A stretch of 64,000 nucleotides of DNA from an uncultured virus (IMG/VR IMGVR_UViG_3300001528_000074). Lineage: Duplodnaviria; Heunggongvirae; Uroviricota; Caudoviricetes. Below the pieces are notes generated by a model that was not told the origin of the DNA, made no database searches, and saw only the letters and a list, made by a program, of their open reading frames with translations. Within the stretch, counting starts at the first letter, position 1, and each line of letters opens with the position of its first letter. The stretch lies in the IMG/VR virus record IMGVR_UViG_3300001528_000074; one strand, 5' to 3'. A program made the position numbers and the translations under genes. Shown here piece after piece: positions 50,101-58,934 of this stretch.

Positions 50101-52891
50101 TCGTGATAGCTCAGGAGAAGTTGACGTAGACGGTATGTCTATATATTTGAAAAATAAAGTATTGGATTTATACGATAAACGTTACAAGATAAAAAAGAAG
50201 TTTGCTAATAATAAACTTGTACAAGCTGCAAATAAAGCACAGGCAGAAGCTTTTGCAAAACATATTACATGGATGGATACAAAATACTATCGTAAGAAGT
50301 CAGAAGAAGCGTGGGCACAAGTTTATGAAATGTACGAAGATGAGGACGGTATGGCAGTTGATCCAGACTTTGAATATGACACGTATTTTCAATTAATGGC
50401 AGACTGTGGTAGATTGTATATAGATCCAGAATTTGGAACTGTTTCTAGTATTACGCCATATTCATTCTTTCAACGTATGATTGCTGTCAATGATGACGAT
50501 ATGGTATACGAACCAGGTGACGCTTGGGCTGAACAACAAGACAACAGTGCATTCTTAAATGATAAATATACAGATGAGTTCAACACAACGATTGTGCCAA
50601 AAGAGTCTTTGTATAAAGACAAATCGTTTGACGAGTTAATGAAGAACGCTAAATACAAAAAAGCTTATGAGAAAACTCTCGATGTATTAAAACGTGCAAA
50701 CGCTAAACAGACCAATCGTAATTATGTTGATAACTATCTGTTACCACAGATCCCAGGTACACTCTTAAACAGAATGTCTAATGCTACAGGGTTCTTCGGT
50801 CCTGTGAAATAGCTATTTACATGGTTAAAAGAACGTTTCGGTATAATGGACGATGGTAGCGCAGGCGAACTACTTGGTACTTCTACGGTAGATATGGGTG
50901 GAAATGATCTAGATAAGATATACGGTAAACATCAAAATCAGATGCGTGGTAAATATCCAGATGGAAGACAATTCAACGTTGTACCACAATTCTATACAAA
51001 GAGGATGGAAGACCCATCAATCATATCTACAGACCTTGTATCGATATTAATGTCTTACTATCAGATGTCTGCTCAATACGAACAAAAATCAAAAGTTCGT
51101 GGTAAATTAGACACTATACTAGATGGAATAGCTTCTAAGAGTTTTGGTGATACTTCTGAGGGAGATACTAAAAAAACTATTTTGGGAAAAGATTCTAGGG
51201 TGTATAAACAGTTAGATGAGTTCTTAAATAGAAACCTGTATAACGTACAGTTTAGAAGATATAAGTGGAAACTCGGTAGATTTAGTATAGAGCTTGGTAG
51301 AACGATGGGTTTGTGGAAACAATATGCTACAGCGGTAAACCTTGGTTTAAATGCTTCTGTAGCTCTTACTGGTGCTATGTCATCATTGTTTGTACACACA
51401 ATGAATGCTCTGACAGGAACGATGCCCGGAGTATACAAACACTACAACGTTAAAAACTCTACACAGGCGTTCTTAGAGTGTATGGGAAGACTTGGTCAAC
51501 GTACACTTAGAACAATACAACCGTTCGGTAGATCTTATACAAAAGACAAAGTAGAGCTATTAATGGAAGACTTTAATATATCAAATCAGTTTGATAGGAA
51601 ATACAAATACACAAATCGAAACAGATTATCAAGATTCTTTAGTGCAAACTACATATATGGAGGATTGTCAGCATGTGATTTCTTTGTCAAATCACAAATA
51701 ATGGTCACAGAACTAATGGCACACAGATTAGTAGATGGTGAATTTATAACAAAGGGAGACATTTACTATAACAGATTATTGTGGGGTGAAGATGTGTTCA
51801 AGCATAAATTAGCTGAATTCAAAAAAGCTAAAAGTCTATATTCTGTAATGAAGGTAAAAGATGGTAGAGTTACAGTAGACGATAAATATAAAGATGCATA
51901 TCTAAAAAGTAAGAAACTACTTAAAAACAGAATAGAAAAAACTGCTGAGAATGCAGATGGTATGGCGACGCCTCTTCAACGTAATAATCTTCAAGGTTCG
52001 ATTATTGGTGGATTCATTCAGATGCACAGACAGTTCCTTCCGTTGATGATGCAAGAAGCGTGGAGTCAAACTGTATACGATTATGACTCTCAATCATACA
52101 AAAACGGACAGTTTAGAAACTTATTCTCCACAGCTATTGAATTGTCAAAGAGTAGTTATATACCAGGGTTCTTCGCGATGTCTACACTTGGTTATGCATT
52201 TGGAGGACCACTTGGTGGATTACTCGCTGGCGGAACATCACTCGTGACCAAGAAATTTTTTGGGTATTCTAGCCGTGAGAAAAAGGAAAAAAATATTAAT
52301 ACAAAAAATATTTTAAAAAATAAATTTAACAATAAAAACTCAAATGCAGAATATAGAAAGTCAATGTTTAACAGAGAAACACTTGCTAGAACATTGATTG
52401 AAATTGTTGCATTGAACGCAATACTACATCCATTAGTATGTGCTATATGTAAGTCATACGATGACGATGACGATTGGAAAATACAATTATTATTACTTGT
52501 CTTACGAAGTATGGATTGGGAATCAGGAACCAAATACAGACTTGCTGAAATATCTAGTAACTTTAAGACTGCTACAGCGGGTACAAGCGTTACAGATGGT
52601 GCTACCGAATTAGGTCAATATTTAGGCACATCTCTATTAAATACTATTTCTCCAAGATCGAACATGTTATTTGGTATATTCGATTTCTTTAAAAATGACT
52701 CAGATGAGGAGGATGTAGGTATATTTGATGATATAATGCAATCTGGAGCATATGAAGGATATCCTAGATTGTTAAAAATAATATCAAAGTTGACACCATT
52801 CCACAGTGCATGGGAACAATATGTAGATCCAAAATCAAAACGATTATATCGAGAAACACAAATACAACATCTTTCAGAAGACGAAAGATAA
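47162..52891 (+). CDS. Large virion cargo protein with zincin HExxH motif (~1,909 aa, 5 TAG)
   Basis: Track ORFs 47162, 49334, 50087 and 50846 are in one frame. ILHEVSHA...NEKEFAA; FSDKYGEW...LDVNGEP. Confidence 0.75.
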
Positions 52892-53280
52892 AAAGAATCC
52901 CGACTGCTCTTTTTCGAGTAGCCGGGATTTTTCGTAAATTTATATGTATCTATTAAAGATTGTTTTGGAACACCATTTATACCAAAATCACATATTGCTT
53001 GTACGAGATAATATTTGGATTTAGGTATAGAGAATGTAAGACAATAAAATCCATGTATAAGATTTATATTGAATTTATTATATTCCTTACTGAACAAAGA
53101 TCTCAAATAACTGATATCTTTAGGGCTTTTAAGCTTATAATAAATATCATAATAAAAATCTTGTCCAATTTTTCTAAAATAGATATCTGCAAGTCTCTCG
53201 TTTTTAAGCAATCTTGGATCTTGCAGTATATAGCATCCTACAAAATATGCAGGACAGATCTTTTTATTTTGTGGCACCAT
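52615..53280 (-). CDS. Hypothetical protein; ORF runs through the terminator and overlaps the convergent gene
   Basis: Start overlaps the upstream gene's end as in an operon. First stop is TGA at 52615, 277 nt inside the + strand gene. Confidence 0.5.
   Translation of the reverse strand: MVPQNKKICPAYFVGCYILQDPRLLKNERLADIYFRKIGQDFYYDIYYKLKSPKDISYLRSLFSKEYNKFNINLIHGFYCLTFSIPKSKYYLVQAICDFGINGVPKQSLIDTYKFTKNPGYSKKSSRDSFYLSSSERCCICVSRYNRFDFGSTYCSHALWNGVNFDIIFNNLGYPSYAPDCIISSNIPTSSSSESFLKKSNIPNNMFDLGEIVFNRDVPKY
52892..52933. terminator. Bidirectional Rho-independent terminator at the convergence of late and replication blocks
   Basis: AATCCCGACTGCTC / GAGTAGCCGGGATT stem with an A-tract on the left and a T-tract on the right. 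Confidence 0.8.
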
Positions 53281-53446
53281 TTTTATGTTTTGCCTTTATG
53301 GACGCAAAAATTCGAGCTTCGTGGTTGTAACCATCTTCTCCAATTTCATCTTCAAGTGCGCCTGCATCAGCTAAAGCCTGATTTGTTTCAAACTCTTCCT
53401 GATCAAGCATTTCACTCAACTCTAAACCTATATTATTCTTTTCCAT
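53264..53446 (-). CDS. Small acidic hypothetical protein (60 aa)
   Basis: ATG 12 nt after the upstream stop; co-oriented and tightly packed. Confidence 0.6.
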   Translation of the reverse strand: MEKNNIGLELSEMLDQEEFETNQALADAGALEDEIGEDGYNHEARIFASIKAKHKNGATK

Positions 53447-53458
53447 AATTATTCGATT

Positions 53459-54433
53459 TTAAAATTCTAAATTAAGTTTTTCACACCCATCTCCCTCATA
53501 GTATTCTCTACTATGCTCCCAGAGATTATTTTCTTTATGCCATTTTATATCACAAATTGCTTTATGAATAGTAGCATCTCTTTGTAGTATATTGATATAA
53601 TCGAATCTAAATACTCTTACAAAACTATCATAACCTGAATCTAATGCTACAATATAGAACTTAAAAGTCCATTCATCCATATTGACATTTTTCTCATTCA
53701 TGAGATACCATTCTGCAGCAAGTGAATAGAAGCACAACTGTCTCATATAGTCATACTTCTTTATACTTTCTTCAAAATGATTAATCTTTACAGTGGTCTT
53801 TAAGTCTATGATTGTACACTCTTTGTTTTCATAATCAAATTGTACACAATCAAGGAGAGATTTACATGGAACACCATTATACTCCCAATTAATATGGAAC
53901 TCATGGTGTTCTTCAACATCTTTTCTATTGAGCAGTTTGGATGCAAATTTATGCTCTAAGATATTGTTACGTAACTTCTCACACTTATTGAACATGTATT
54001 TAGGCATGATAGTCCTACCATCTTTCAACAGATCTATGTAAGATTTAAGCGTAGTACCCATTTTCGTGGCTTCTGACGCTATTTTATCCTCGCTCTTACC
54101 GACTATACTATAAGTAGCCTTATATGCGCTTACAAAGGCTCTTAGAGGCTCTATTTCGAGGCTTTCGGCTACTAATTTACAGAAACTTCTCTGTTGACCT
54201 GATTGAGGTACTTGGATGTCTTCTGGACATAGTACATAATCTTTATTAAACTCATCTGGTTGTAATATATACTCATGAATCATTGTCCCATGTGCCATGG
54301 CTGAGGACTCTTCATTAGCAATAGTACCATCCATCTTCTGTTTAAAGTACATAGGACTTTCTAAGAAGTATCCTATAGAACTGTTTGAGACTCTTGTATT
54401 ATCCTCGTAATAAGGTATAGATATGTCCATCAT
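53459..54433 (-). CDS. PD-(D/E)XK exonuclease (RecE/exonuclease VIII-like)
   Basis: HGTMIHEYILQP, KSLLD, IIDLKT and YDYMRQLCFY motifs. Confidence 0.8.
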   Translation of the reverse strand: MMDISIPYYEDNTRVSNSSIGYFLESPMYFKQKMDGTIANEESSAMAHGTMIHEYILQPDEFNKDYVLCPEDIQVPQSGQQRSFCKLVAESLEIEPLRAFVSAYKATYSIVGKSEDKIASEATKMGTTLKSYIDLLKDGRTIMPKYMFNKCEKLRNNILEHKFASKLLNRKDVEEHHEFHINWEYNGVPCKSLLDCVQFDYENKECTIIDLKTTVKINHFEESIKKYDYMRQLCFYSLAAEWYLMNEKNVNMDEWTFKFYIVALDSGYDSFVRVFRFDYINILQRDATIHKAICDIKWHKENNLWEHSREYYEGDGCEKLNLEF

Positions 54434-54831
54434 GATTGTTCGGATTTAATCTCATTAATCATTTCGTCTACTTGTTTGTGATTTCTCACAAGAAACAATC
54501 GTGCTTTACATCTATGTTTCTTCAAGTAGTATTTAAAGAGTTTATATCGTAATGGGAAGGAATCACCCATTAGACCTTTACATTCTACTATAAATTTCTT
54601 TCCTTTATAGGTACCAATAAAATCTGGTAGATATGTTATAGGTCGTATTTTCTCTTGATTATACTCGAATTTATCCAGTAATGTGAAATGCTTTGGCTCA
54701 TACTCTACAGGTATTTCTGCATTCATAAAAGCTTCATAAGTATAGCATTCGAGTTTACTCCTAAAGTGGATACCATACTTATCGACCTTTGTCGCATTTC
54801 TTACTCTTCCTTTATTTTTGGCGATTTTCAT
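54430..54831 (-). CDS. PD-(D/E)XK endonuclease (DUF1064/endonuclease I-like)
   Basis: FRSKLE...YEP...YLPDF...VECKG motif series. Confidence 0.75.
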   Translation of the reverse strand: MKIAKNKGRVRNATKVDKYGIHFRSKLECYTYEAFMNAEIPVEYEPKHFTLLDKFEYNQEKIRPITYLPDFIGTYKGKKFIVECKGLMGDSFPLRYKLFKYYLKKHRCKARLFLVRNHKQVDEMINEIKSEQS

Positions 54832-55798
54832 ATTTCGCTAATTCTTTGTGTAACCATTTATTCATTGTATCAAAACCGTGATCTTTCACAGCATCAGATA
54901 TATCTTTTGCTTCAAATCTTTTGTTGATGAAGAAAGGAATGATGTTATAACGTTGGCTATATGCTCTTGATTGTTTAACACCAGTCTTATCTCTGTCATA
55001 TAGTATAAATATATACTTATACTTTAATTTCAATTGAGTAAGTATATCATCTGGAATAAAAGTAGTCTCACTAGATGGCGATACAGCATCATATCCCATT
55101 TCATACAAAACCATTACATCTTTCAATGATTTGGTAATGATAAGTATATCAGATGTAGGCTCATCGGGTAGCTGTTTGAGGCCTTGTATATCTCTAACAG
55201 ATAAATTAGTTCTCCATTTAGTATATTTACTATTTAGAGGTCTATATATCTTAAACTTATCATTTACTTTGTATGCATACATGGGTGAACCGTCTTTGTA
55301 AATGCCTGAAACGATCTTATTACAAAGAAAGTACTTAATACTAAATACATCATACTTTTTAAGTGTTTCTTCTTTTATACCAAATAAATCCCAAAACTCA
55401 ATATCAAACTTATTAAAAGGTTGTCTAACGATACCTATTTTCATTGAACCAGAAGGTCGATATTCTCTAGTCACAGTCCTGTTACTTTTGGGTGCGGTAG
55501 ACCGTATTATTTTAAGAAACTCTTTTTCTAGTTCTCTATCTGTGTGTATGTTAGATATTTCTTTTACAAAAGTTAAAGCATTACCTGATTGACCAGTACC
55601 ATGATCCTTAAACATTAAAGGACCATATCTACTTTTAAATACAGCAAAACTAGGGTTTTGATCATCAGGTCTTAACGGACTATTATATAATTTACCCACC
55701 TTAAAGTCTCCTAAATAGTAGGCAAATATATCATAGTCAGTCAATTGGGATAGAATATCTGATAGTATCCCATAAGTGGCTGTTTTTGTACTATACAT
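54812..55798 (-). CDS. dnaG: DNA primase (TOPRIM, crAss-like)
   Basis: SPLRPDDQNPSF...FKDHGTG degenerate Zn-ribbon; IITKSLKDVM, YDRD and AKDISD TOPRIM motifs. Confidence 0.8.
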   Translation of the reverse strand: MYSTKTATYGILSDILSQLTDYDIFAYYLGDFKVGKLYNSPLRPDDQNPSFAVFKSRYGPLMFKDHGTGQSGNALTFVKEISNIHTDRELEKEFLKIIRSTAPKSNRTVTREYRPSGSMKIGIVRQPFNKFDIEFWDLFGIKEETLKKYDVFSIKYFLCNKIVSGIYKDGSPMYAYKVNDKFKIYRPLNSKYTKWRTNLSVRDIQGLKQLPDEPTSDILIITKSLKDVMVLYEMGYDAVSPSSETTFIPDDILTQLKLKYKYIFILYDRDKTGVKQSRAYSQRYNIIPFFINKRFEAKDISDAVKDHGFDTMNKWLHKELAKYENRQK

Positions 55799-55858
55799 GA
55801 CTTATAAGTTCTAATAGTTTAGGAGATAATACAAATATCACTTCGTATTATCATAGAG

Positions 55859-56020
55859 TTATTCTACTCTTAAAAATCCACTACCGTTACAGCGTGTACA
55901 TGTTTCTTTGAAATAGTCATCGATACATTCCAAGAAAGTTATGAGTCCGAAAGTAGACAAACCTCCTACAATATCATGTATCTTGCCTTTTCCATTACAT
56001 TTTGGACATTTTACTATCAT
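55859..56020 (-). CDS. 53-aa zinc-finger protein with two CxxCxGxG motifs (below track cutoff)
   Basis: MIVKCPKCNGKG...ETCTRCNGSGFLRVE-TAA. Confidence 0.75.
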   Translation of the reverse strand: MIVKCPKCNGKGKIHDIVGGLSTFGLITFLECIDDYFKETCTRCNGSGFLRVE

Positions 56021-56035
56021 AGTTTATCTTTATTA

Positions 56036-56107
56036 GAGATACGTCAGAAATCAAACCTGAATTTGCGACTTAACAAGTCACTGCTTTATCCATTAAGCTA
56101 CGTATCT
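56036..56107 (-). tRNA. tRNA-Asn(GTT)-like, degenerate
   Basis: Acceptor AGATACG/CGTATCT; D arm GCTT/AAGC; anticodon arm GTGAC-TTGTTAA-GTCGC; T arm TCAGG-TTTGATT-TCTGA (TTT instead of TTC); no encoded CCA. Confidence 0.65.
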
Positions 56108-56181
56108 AATGTTTAAACATCAATAAACAACTTTCTTCTGTGTGACCGTCGGACTTTTCTTTAGAATATTATTGTTTATTG

Positions 56182-56239
56182 TGAGCGATGTAGGGTTTGA
56201 ACCTACATGAAACGTTTTAACCAATTAAACTAATCGCTC
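56182..56239 (-). ncRNA. tRNA-like RNA lacking the anticodon arm
   Basis: GAGCGAT-TA-GTTT-AATTGGTTA-AAAC-GTTTCAT-GTAGG-TTCAAAC-CCTAC-ATCGCTC-A: perfect acceptor, D and T arms with only 7 nt between the D and T arms. Confidence 0.65.
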
Positions 56240-56307
56240 TAAGCGTTTTTAACGTGACGCCTTACACGGAGGCCTTACGGACTCAGCTCCACCAACATGA
56301 GTTTAGA

Positions 56308-56916
56308 TTAGAAAGGCAATGCACCCATGTCTTCACTGCCTGTTGTAGTCGTTACCGGAGTACTAACAGGATTAGTAAGCGGATTGGTAGGTGTTTCAAC
56401 ATCTGCCTGTATAGGACGCTCGAACAAGTCTCTAGCGAACTTCTTAATTTGACTACTTTCTACACTCATAGGCTCTACAAATATACCATTTGTTGATACT
56501 TTTGTAAATCCTTTATTGTCGTATACGACTTTAAGTCGTAAAGCCTTTTTATTTGGAATCATTGGGTCGAGTTTAGACTTCACCCAATTAATCATATCCT
56601 TAAACGAATTAAGAGTAGTGTCTTCTATCGTTTCATAATAACAGTTGATAATCTGCATAAGTGTACCAAACTGCGCATTGTCACGCTTCTGCAAATCTTC
56701 ATCTGTCTTAATCCACTGATTCTTTTCGTTCTTCCAGATAGTCATACTTGCCGTCTGACCTTCTGAGTTCTCGAAAATAATCTCCAAGAAATCTCGACCA
56801 TTTACACTAGTCTTAACCTCTGTAGATTTCAGTGTTATATTGTCATGGATACCTCCAGACATATAATTAGAAACGAATTCTTCGTTATTAATAGTTGCTG
56901 ATTTTGTATTATACAT
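56308..56916 (-). CDS. Putative single-stranded DNA-binding protein
   Basis: Beta-rich core, low-complexity linker and C-terminal EDMGALPF tail; adjacent to the AAA ATPase. Confidence 0.55.
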   Translation of the reverse strand: MYNTKSATINNEEFVSNYMSGGIHDNITLKSTEVKTSVNGRDFLEIIFENSEGQTASMTIWKNEKNQWIKTDEDLQKRDNAQFGTLMQIINCYYETIEDTTLNSFKDMINWVKSKLDPMIPNKKALRLKVVYDNKGFTKVSTNGIFVEPMSVESSQIKKFARDLFERPIQADVETPTNPLTNPVSTPVTTTTGSEDMGALPF

Positions 56917-56943
56917 ATCTAATCAATTACTGCGTTAAACGTC

Positions 56944-57687
56944 TTAGTTGCCTTTATAAACTTTATCCCAGTATGTAGTAATAGTACCGTCATCATTACC
57001 AGTAGCAATTACTATATCCTGCCCTCTAAGATGAGGCGCTCGTGCTTCTTTAATAGTACCATCACCTCCTTTGAAACTGATGTGTGTTTCATTACCTTTA
57101 CGATATACAAAACCGACTGCATCTGCTTCTCCGCAGATAATAGCACTAAGCTTTCCTACAAGGTCTAATGCCATTTCTGACACTTCCTCACCATCCTTAT
57201 CTATTTGAACATCTTTTACATGTCCTACAAGAATAAACTCATTACAGAGTTCTTTAAACATATCAATAACCTTCCTTACTGCTTGGCGAATGTACAAATA
57301 TCCGCTTCCATTTGGAAGCAATCTAACATCAGTTCCCTTCCAGTTCTTTCCTATTGGAGACTGACGATACATTGTTGCTGCATATGGGAGACACATCTCC
57401 TCTAATCTTGTAGCGTTATCGATTGTTATTCGTTTATAAAAACAATGACCTACTTCTGTATTCTTTGCTCTAATGGCTTGTGCTGCTTCACCTAAATCAT
57501 TAACATTACGGCATTGTATAGCCATAGCATCAATAAATGTAGAACCTCCTTCCAGGTCTATTATCAAGTTGTTGTCTAACTGCGCAAGACTGCTTGTTTT
57601 TCCCGATTTAGGTTTCCCGTAAATTATTAAAAACTTAGGGTCTACAGATGTAGCAGGTACTTTAGATGTAGGTAATATAAGGCTCAT
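56944..57687 (-). CDS. AAA-family ATPase (AAA_24/Sak4-like)
   Basis: Walker A IYGKPKSGKT; IIDLEGG; Walker B ITIDN; ILVGH. Confidence 0.8.
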   Translation of the reverse strand: MSLILPTSKVPATSVDPKFLIIYGKPKSGKTSSLAQLDNNLIIDLEGGSTFIDAMAIQCRNVNDLGEAAQAIRAKNTEVGHCFYKRITIDNATRLEEMCLPYAATMYRQSPIGKNWKGTDVRLLPNGSGYLYIRQAVRKVIDMFKELCNEFILVGHVKDVQIDKDGEEVSEMALDLVGKLSAIICGEADAVGFVYRKGNETHISFKGGDGTIKEARAPHLRGQDIVIATGNDDGTITTYWDKVYKGN

Positions 57688-57712
57688 AGGCTCTGAATAT
57701 GATTAAGTTAAA

Positions 57713-58183
57713 TTACTTTGTAATATCGATATAAATATCGATGATCTCTCGCTTCTTGTTGTCAGAAAGCATATCATAAATACGCTTTGTTCCATCAGTA
57801 AGCGGGATAAGCTCATAACCGATCTGGATCTCATCAGAAAACATCTTAATAGGAGTTCCATCATCGAGTTTGAAGTCATACGTATCACAAGAACCACTTG
57901 ACATCAAGTAAGAGAATGCTTTACAAAACTCCATATAGGTAGGTTTGTCATTCTTCTTAAGAATATCAATCGTAATATCTATACTCTTTGCAGGCCTCTT
58001 CTCAAACGTATACGTCTTAATCTCCGGAGACTTTTTCTCAAATATGTACGTATTAATATCGTTTATACGAGTAGAAAGAAGATCATTAAGAAGCGTGCTG
58101 TACTTATCATTAGACTTACGATTGTTATTGTTAGACTTAGTGTTATTAGTTGTGTTCTTAGATATATTAAATGTGTACTTCAT
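57713..58183 (-). CDS. Hypothetical protein (156 aa)
   Basis: Intact co-oriented ORF filling the gap between helicase and ATPase. Confidence 0.65.
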   Translation of the reverse strand: MKYTFNISKNTTNNTKSNNNNRKSNDKYSTLLNDLLSTRINDINTYIFEKKSPEIKTYTFEKRPAKSIDITIDILKKNDKPTYMEFCKAFSYLMSSGSCDTYDFKLDDGTPIKMFSDEIQIGYELIPLTDGTKRIYDMLSDNKKREIIDIYIDITK

Positions 58184-58199
58184 AATTCAGCCTTGTTAT

Positions 58200-58934
58200 T
58201 TACGATTCGATGATATTATTGTATTTCAGGTCGTTCTCAAATTCAAGAATACAGGGCTCTCCTGCATCCCTATTTTTCATCAGGTGAATATATACTTTTC
58301 CTGATGTCGGTAAACGATTTGGACCGTACTCTTTAATACCTAGTATCTCTGGTCTATGTACTACTAACACGTAGTCACTTGCCTGATATATCGAATCAGA
58401 TGAGGATAAATCGCTTCGCATCGGGTAGTGTGCTAAGCAGTTATTAATCCTCTCAGGGGATTCAATGTTGCGGTTCATCTGTGATATCTGTATCACAGAT
58501 GTTAAAGGCAACTTCTTCAACTGTATAAAAACTTCTTGTAATTCACTTAATGTCTCAAGAGCAGAACCCACTCTTTTCGTAAGCAAAGTATGATCATAGG
58601 TAATGATAAAATACTTACCAGTACCTTTAATATGTTCATTATAGAAATCTATTACAGTTTGTAATACTTGCTGAGGACTACCCGGATTATCTACAAAATA
58701 AATGGGATAGTCTTTCAGTTGGTTGGAAACATCGACAATCTTCCCGAATGTTGCATCGTCGAGGTCCTTATTAGAACTATACAACTCCGAAGTCGTTCTC
58801 CTGAGCTTATTGGATAACGTTCTTCCGACCTGCCTAAATCCAACCATTTCCAACGAGAAGTTGAGTATTACAATCTCCTTTCCAGGATTAAGGTCAATTA
58901 GATCTGTTGATAAGAGATTCACAAACGAACTTTT
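58200..58934 (-). CDS. dnaB: DnaB-like replicative helicase, exon 2
   Basis: Begins KSSFVN immediately after the terminal G (58935). FSLEM, YDH, SQMNR, SDLSSSDSIYQASD and KNRD SF4 helicase motifs. Confidence 0.88.
   Translation of the reverse strand, partial: KSSFVNLLSTDLIDLNPGKEIVILNFSLEMVGFRQVGRTLSNKLRRTTSELYSSNKDLDDATFGKIVDVSNQLKDYPIYFVDNPGSPQQVLQTVIDFYNEHIKGTGKYFIITYDHTLLTKRVGSALETLSELQEVFIQLKKLPLTSVIQISQMNRNIESPERINNCLAHYPMRSDLSSSDSIYQASDYVLVVHRPEILGIKEYGPNRLPTSGKVYIHLMKNRDAGEPCILEFENDLKYNNIIES

Noticed and set aside
154..52533. Numerous short - strand ORFs opposite the late genes
   Set aside because: Antisense shadows of long + strand genes, with no motifs or operon context.
20927..52891. 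Fragmented + strand ORFs as pseudogenes or sequencing errors
   Set aside because: All breaks are in-frame TAG, with no frameshifts or TAA/TGA, and catalytic motifs are intact. Codon reassignment explains this.
56036..56239. Amber suppressor tRNA (CUA)
   Set aside because: One element has anticodon GTT and the other has no anticodon arm. No CUA tRNA was seen in the window.
56182..56239. tmRNA tRNA-like domain
   Set aside because: No G3-U70 alanine determinant, a D stem is present, and no tag reading frame was identified.
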